Assembly (NCBI GenBank): GCA_001724265.1
Contig: MEDY01000442.1
Location: 1 to 59,077, forward strand
Source of the DNA: Rhizaria sp. SCN 62-66
Lineage: Eukaryota
Direction: 5' to 3'
DNA length: 59,077 bases
Both the position numbers and the translations under genes were made by a program. Position 1 is the stretch's first letter, and the number at the start of each line of letters is the position of its first letter. The notes below the pieces were generated by a model that made no database searches, was not told where the DNA came from, and saw only the letters and a list, made by a program, of their open reading frames with translations. This document shows, in pieces, positions 56,601-59,077 of this stretch.

Positions 56601-58047
56601 CCGTCAGAATTCGGTGCAGATAATCCAACCCGCGGCCTTTTCAGACACGGTGTGGGCCATCTCGCCCGCCGCGCTGCAGCAGCTGCTCGAGGAGCTCGAG
56701 GTGCCGGTCAACAGCACCTTGAGCACCACCAGCGTCAAGTCGCTCGGCGCCGCTGGCGTCGGCCTCGGCGATGGGGTGAGCCGCGCTGTGGAGACGCCGC
56801 AGGGCCGCTACGGCGTCGGGCCCCGTAACGCGTTCACTGGCGCCCACGGCAGCATACACTCACAGCACTATAACGAGTACAGCGGCGGTGACAGCGACGC
56901 AGCGGACGGCATTGCCGCCGTTCCTGCCTCCGCTTCTGCCTCTGCGGCCGCTGTCGGTGCTGCTGTGTATGCAGACTCGCTGGGCTCGTTCACTGTCGCC
57001 GCGCGCAACAACGCGACGCAGGCGACGGCGGACGCGCTGGCCCGCGCCGCGGCCAAGAAGGCCTCGGCCCACTCTGTTGGTGCTGCGGCTTCCAGCGGCA
57101 AGCCACGGATCCGCTCAAGTGTGATGCTGCCGTCTGTCGCGGCCAAGCTCAAGGCCGAGGCGATGGCCGCCGCCGCCGCTGCGCGCGCCGCTGCTGACGC
57201 GACCGTCACCGAGCGCACTGCGATGTACCTGGAGATGACCTACACCTTCACGCGCCTGCAGCCCGCCGAGCGTCTGTCCGTCTCGGCGACGACGCGGCAG
57301 CTGCTGTCGGCCGAGACGGAGGACACATTTGCGCGCGTGATCCGCGGCAACAACACCACGGGCGAGAGCGAGTACGTGCTGGTAAAGCAGGTCGTGCCGC
57401 GCTACCTGCGGCTGCCGTCGACGTCGGACCCCGTGCTGCTGACGGAGCAGAGCGACTACGCCGACGCCGTCTTCCGCCTCCACACCGAGACGACGGCGGC
57501 GGACGCCTCGGGCATGGCCACGGAGCAGCAGTGGTGGACGGCCGAGCAGGTTGGCTCGGCCGAGGACGACGTGCTGCTGCTGGGCCCCATCACCCTCACG
57601 ACCGTCTCCAACCCTGTGTGGGGCGCCATCTTCCTTTCCTCGCTATCGTACTCGGTTATTGCGATCTACACCATCGTGCTCGTCACAATCGGCCAGTTCG
57701 TGCGCCTCGTCTTTTCCGGCTCTACGCAGCAGATCATCGTGCAGGAGCTGGCCGACGTCTCGCGTCTCCAGCGTTTCTGCTACGGTATCTACATCGCGCG
57801 AGCACACGGGCTGCTAAAGCGCGAAGAAGAGCTGTACCGCAAACTGATCCAGATCTACCGCTCGCCCGACAAGCTCATCCAGCTCACCGCGCGCGTCGAC
57901 ACGATCGACACGCTTGCCGCCGCCGCTGCTGCCGCGCCCGCGGGCACCGCGGCAGGCACCGTTGCTGGCACTGCTGTCGGCACCGGTGCTGCCAACTCGG
58001 CTGCGCAGTCTGGCCGGGGCAGTCGCCGTGGCAGCGAGAGCGAGTAA
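41693..58047 (+). CDS. PIEZO: Piezo-type mechanosensitive ion channel (5402 aa); exons 41693-52309 and 52456-58047
   Basis: Repeated multi-helix TM bundles. The Piezo PFEW signature YRAIPFVFELRVLLDWYCTRTSLDLWDAFKLED is at about 56170-56270. It is followed by an outer helix ending FVPLLLFSSANP, an inner helix VIAIYTIVLVTIGQFVR, and the C-terminal EEELYRKLIQIYRSP. Intron 52310-52455 (GTACGA...CAG) is phase 0. Confidence 0.95.
46930..47170 (+). repeat. Pro/Ala-rich (APA)n coding repeat within a Piezo loop
   Basis: AAPAAPAAPAAPAAPAAPAAPTAPAYFAPAAPAAP. A poly-Asn (AAC)n run follows at about 47318-47341. Confidence 0.7.
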
Positions 58048-59077
58048 ATCATGCTCATATGCGGACCGATATCAAATAAGTTAAGCGAAGTAGAGCCAGC
58101 TGACGCTTTGCGATGGATAGCGAGTTGCTGTTTCAAAAAATATAATTCGACTTAAAAACACAGACATTTTCATTCTCACATTATCATTTGACACCTAAAA
58201 TATCCGCCATGCGACACGACTGTGGCGACATATGTTGTGTTTATAGTTGTTGTGTTTATTGTTTTGTTGATTCGTTCGTCTCGACGTTACGTCTTCTGAC
58301 TGCCGTATTTTGCGCGTTATATGAGTTTAACTTCTTTTCTGAACTTGCACGTTTATCTGAGCAACTCATTCTGTCACTCAGCAACTTTATTAGACTGTCA
58401 CTTGTTGCTGTGACAGGATAGATGACTGGGGCACAGTGTATTGCTTAGGGGATGAAGACGTGGCGAGCTAGAGTCGTGTATTTCTCAGTAACTTGCACAT
58501 TTTATTGTGCACAATTAGTTTGTTATTTTCGTTATGTTTCACACAACCTTGTCAATTGTTTCTGTTTTGCGCTTAAGAGCGCTGTGTCAAGGTAGGGTCA
58601 AAAAAAGTTTGACAAGAGAAAGCTATATATCTCATATACAAATATACTTCTTAAGCTATTTATTGTTAATACTATTGCCTTGCAGCTAATTGAAGGTGGC
58701 CCTCATGTTGGCAATGCCATTGTCGACGGTGTTGTCCAATTATTAGCAACAAAAAAAGATTACCACATCCGACAAAAAGACTCGTCGTGCGGATGGAGAC
58801 TTGCCATATGGTTGGGATCCAGAAACTGCAGGGCCTGGGCTTGGGCGGTGACGGCTGTAAGCGAAGAGGACACTGTTCGCGTCTAGATCCTTCATGATAA
58901 GGCAAAAGAGTCGATCACCCGGACAGTCAGTGAAAAGAGTAAAAATATTAGGATAGTTTGTGCTGTCGCGAAGATGTGAGTCAGTAATATAATTCCCGGG
59001 TTCTAAGACACTTTTTTACAACTCAAAAAACCCCTCATCAACCCATCGATTTCGATAGCCTCAACCACCTTTTCCTC

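Noticed and set aside
58600-58980. Short ORFs near the window end, some extendable if TAG is read through
   Set aside because: No recognisable homology, the frames are also broken by TAA/TGA, and codon use is unlike the real genes. Not counted as evidence for recoding.

Overview
Eukaryotic nuclear DNA from a protist-like organism; the lineage cannot be assigned from this window. Exons are very GC-rich and Ala-rich. The ten coding introns are short (124-175 nt) and AT- or pyrimidine-rich, with a near-invariant GTAYGT donor. Nine protein-coding loci in order: RPS15A (runs off the window start); a 4541-aa single-exon tail-anchored coiled-coil protein with NPF/DPF motifs; a PDAT/LCAT acyltransferase; an M17 leucyl aminopeptidase; an M1 LTA4H-like aminopeptidase; an ABHD13-like hydrolase; a 2716-aa low-complexity protein with a possible split myosin-TH1/PH fold; RPL23; and a roughly 5400-aa Piezo channel. 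A 3'-degenerate solitary 5S rRNA copy lies between PDAT and the aminopeptidase. Most notable: PDAT and ABHD13 each have a single in-frame TAG within an otherwise continuous coding frame, while none of the eight visible terminators is TAG. This suggests UAG reassignment or readthrough but does not prove it. RPL23 carries an apparent ~50-nt frameshifting deletion at a CCCTCT microhomology. All protein identifications come from motifs recognised by eye; no searches were run.
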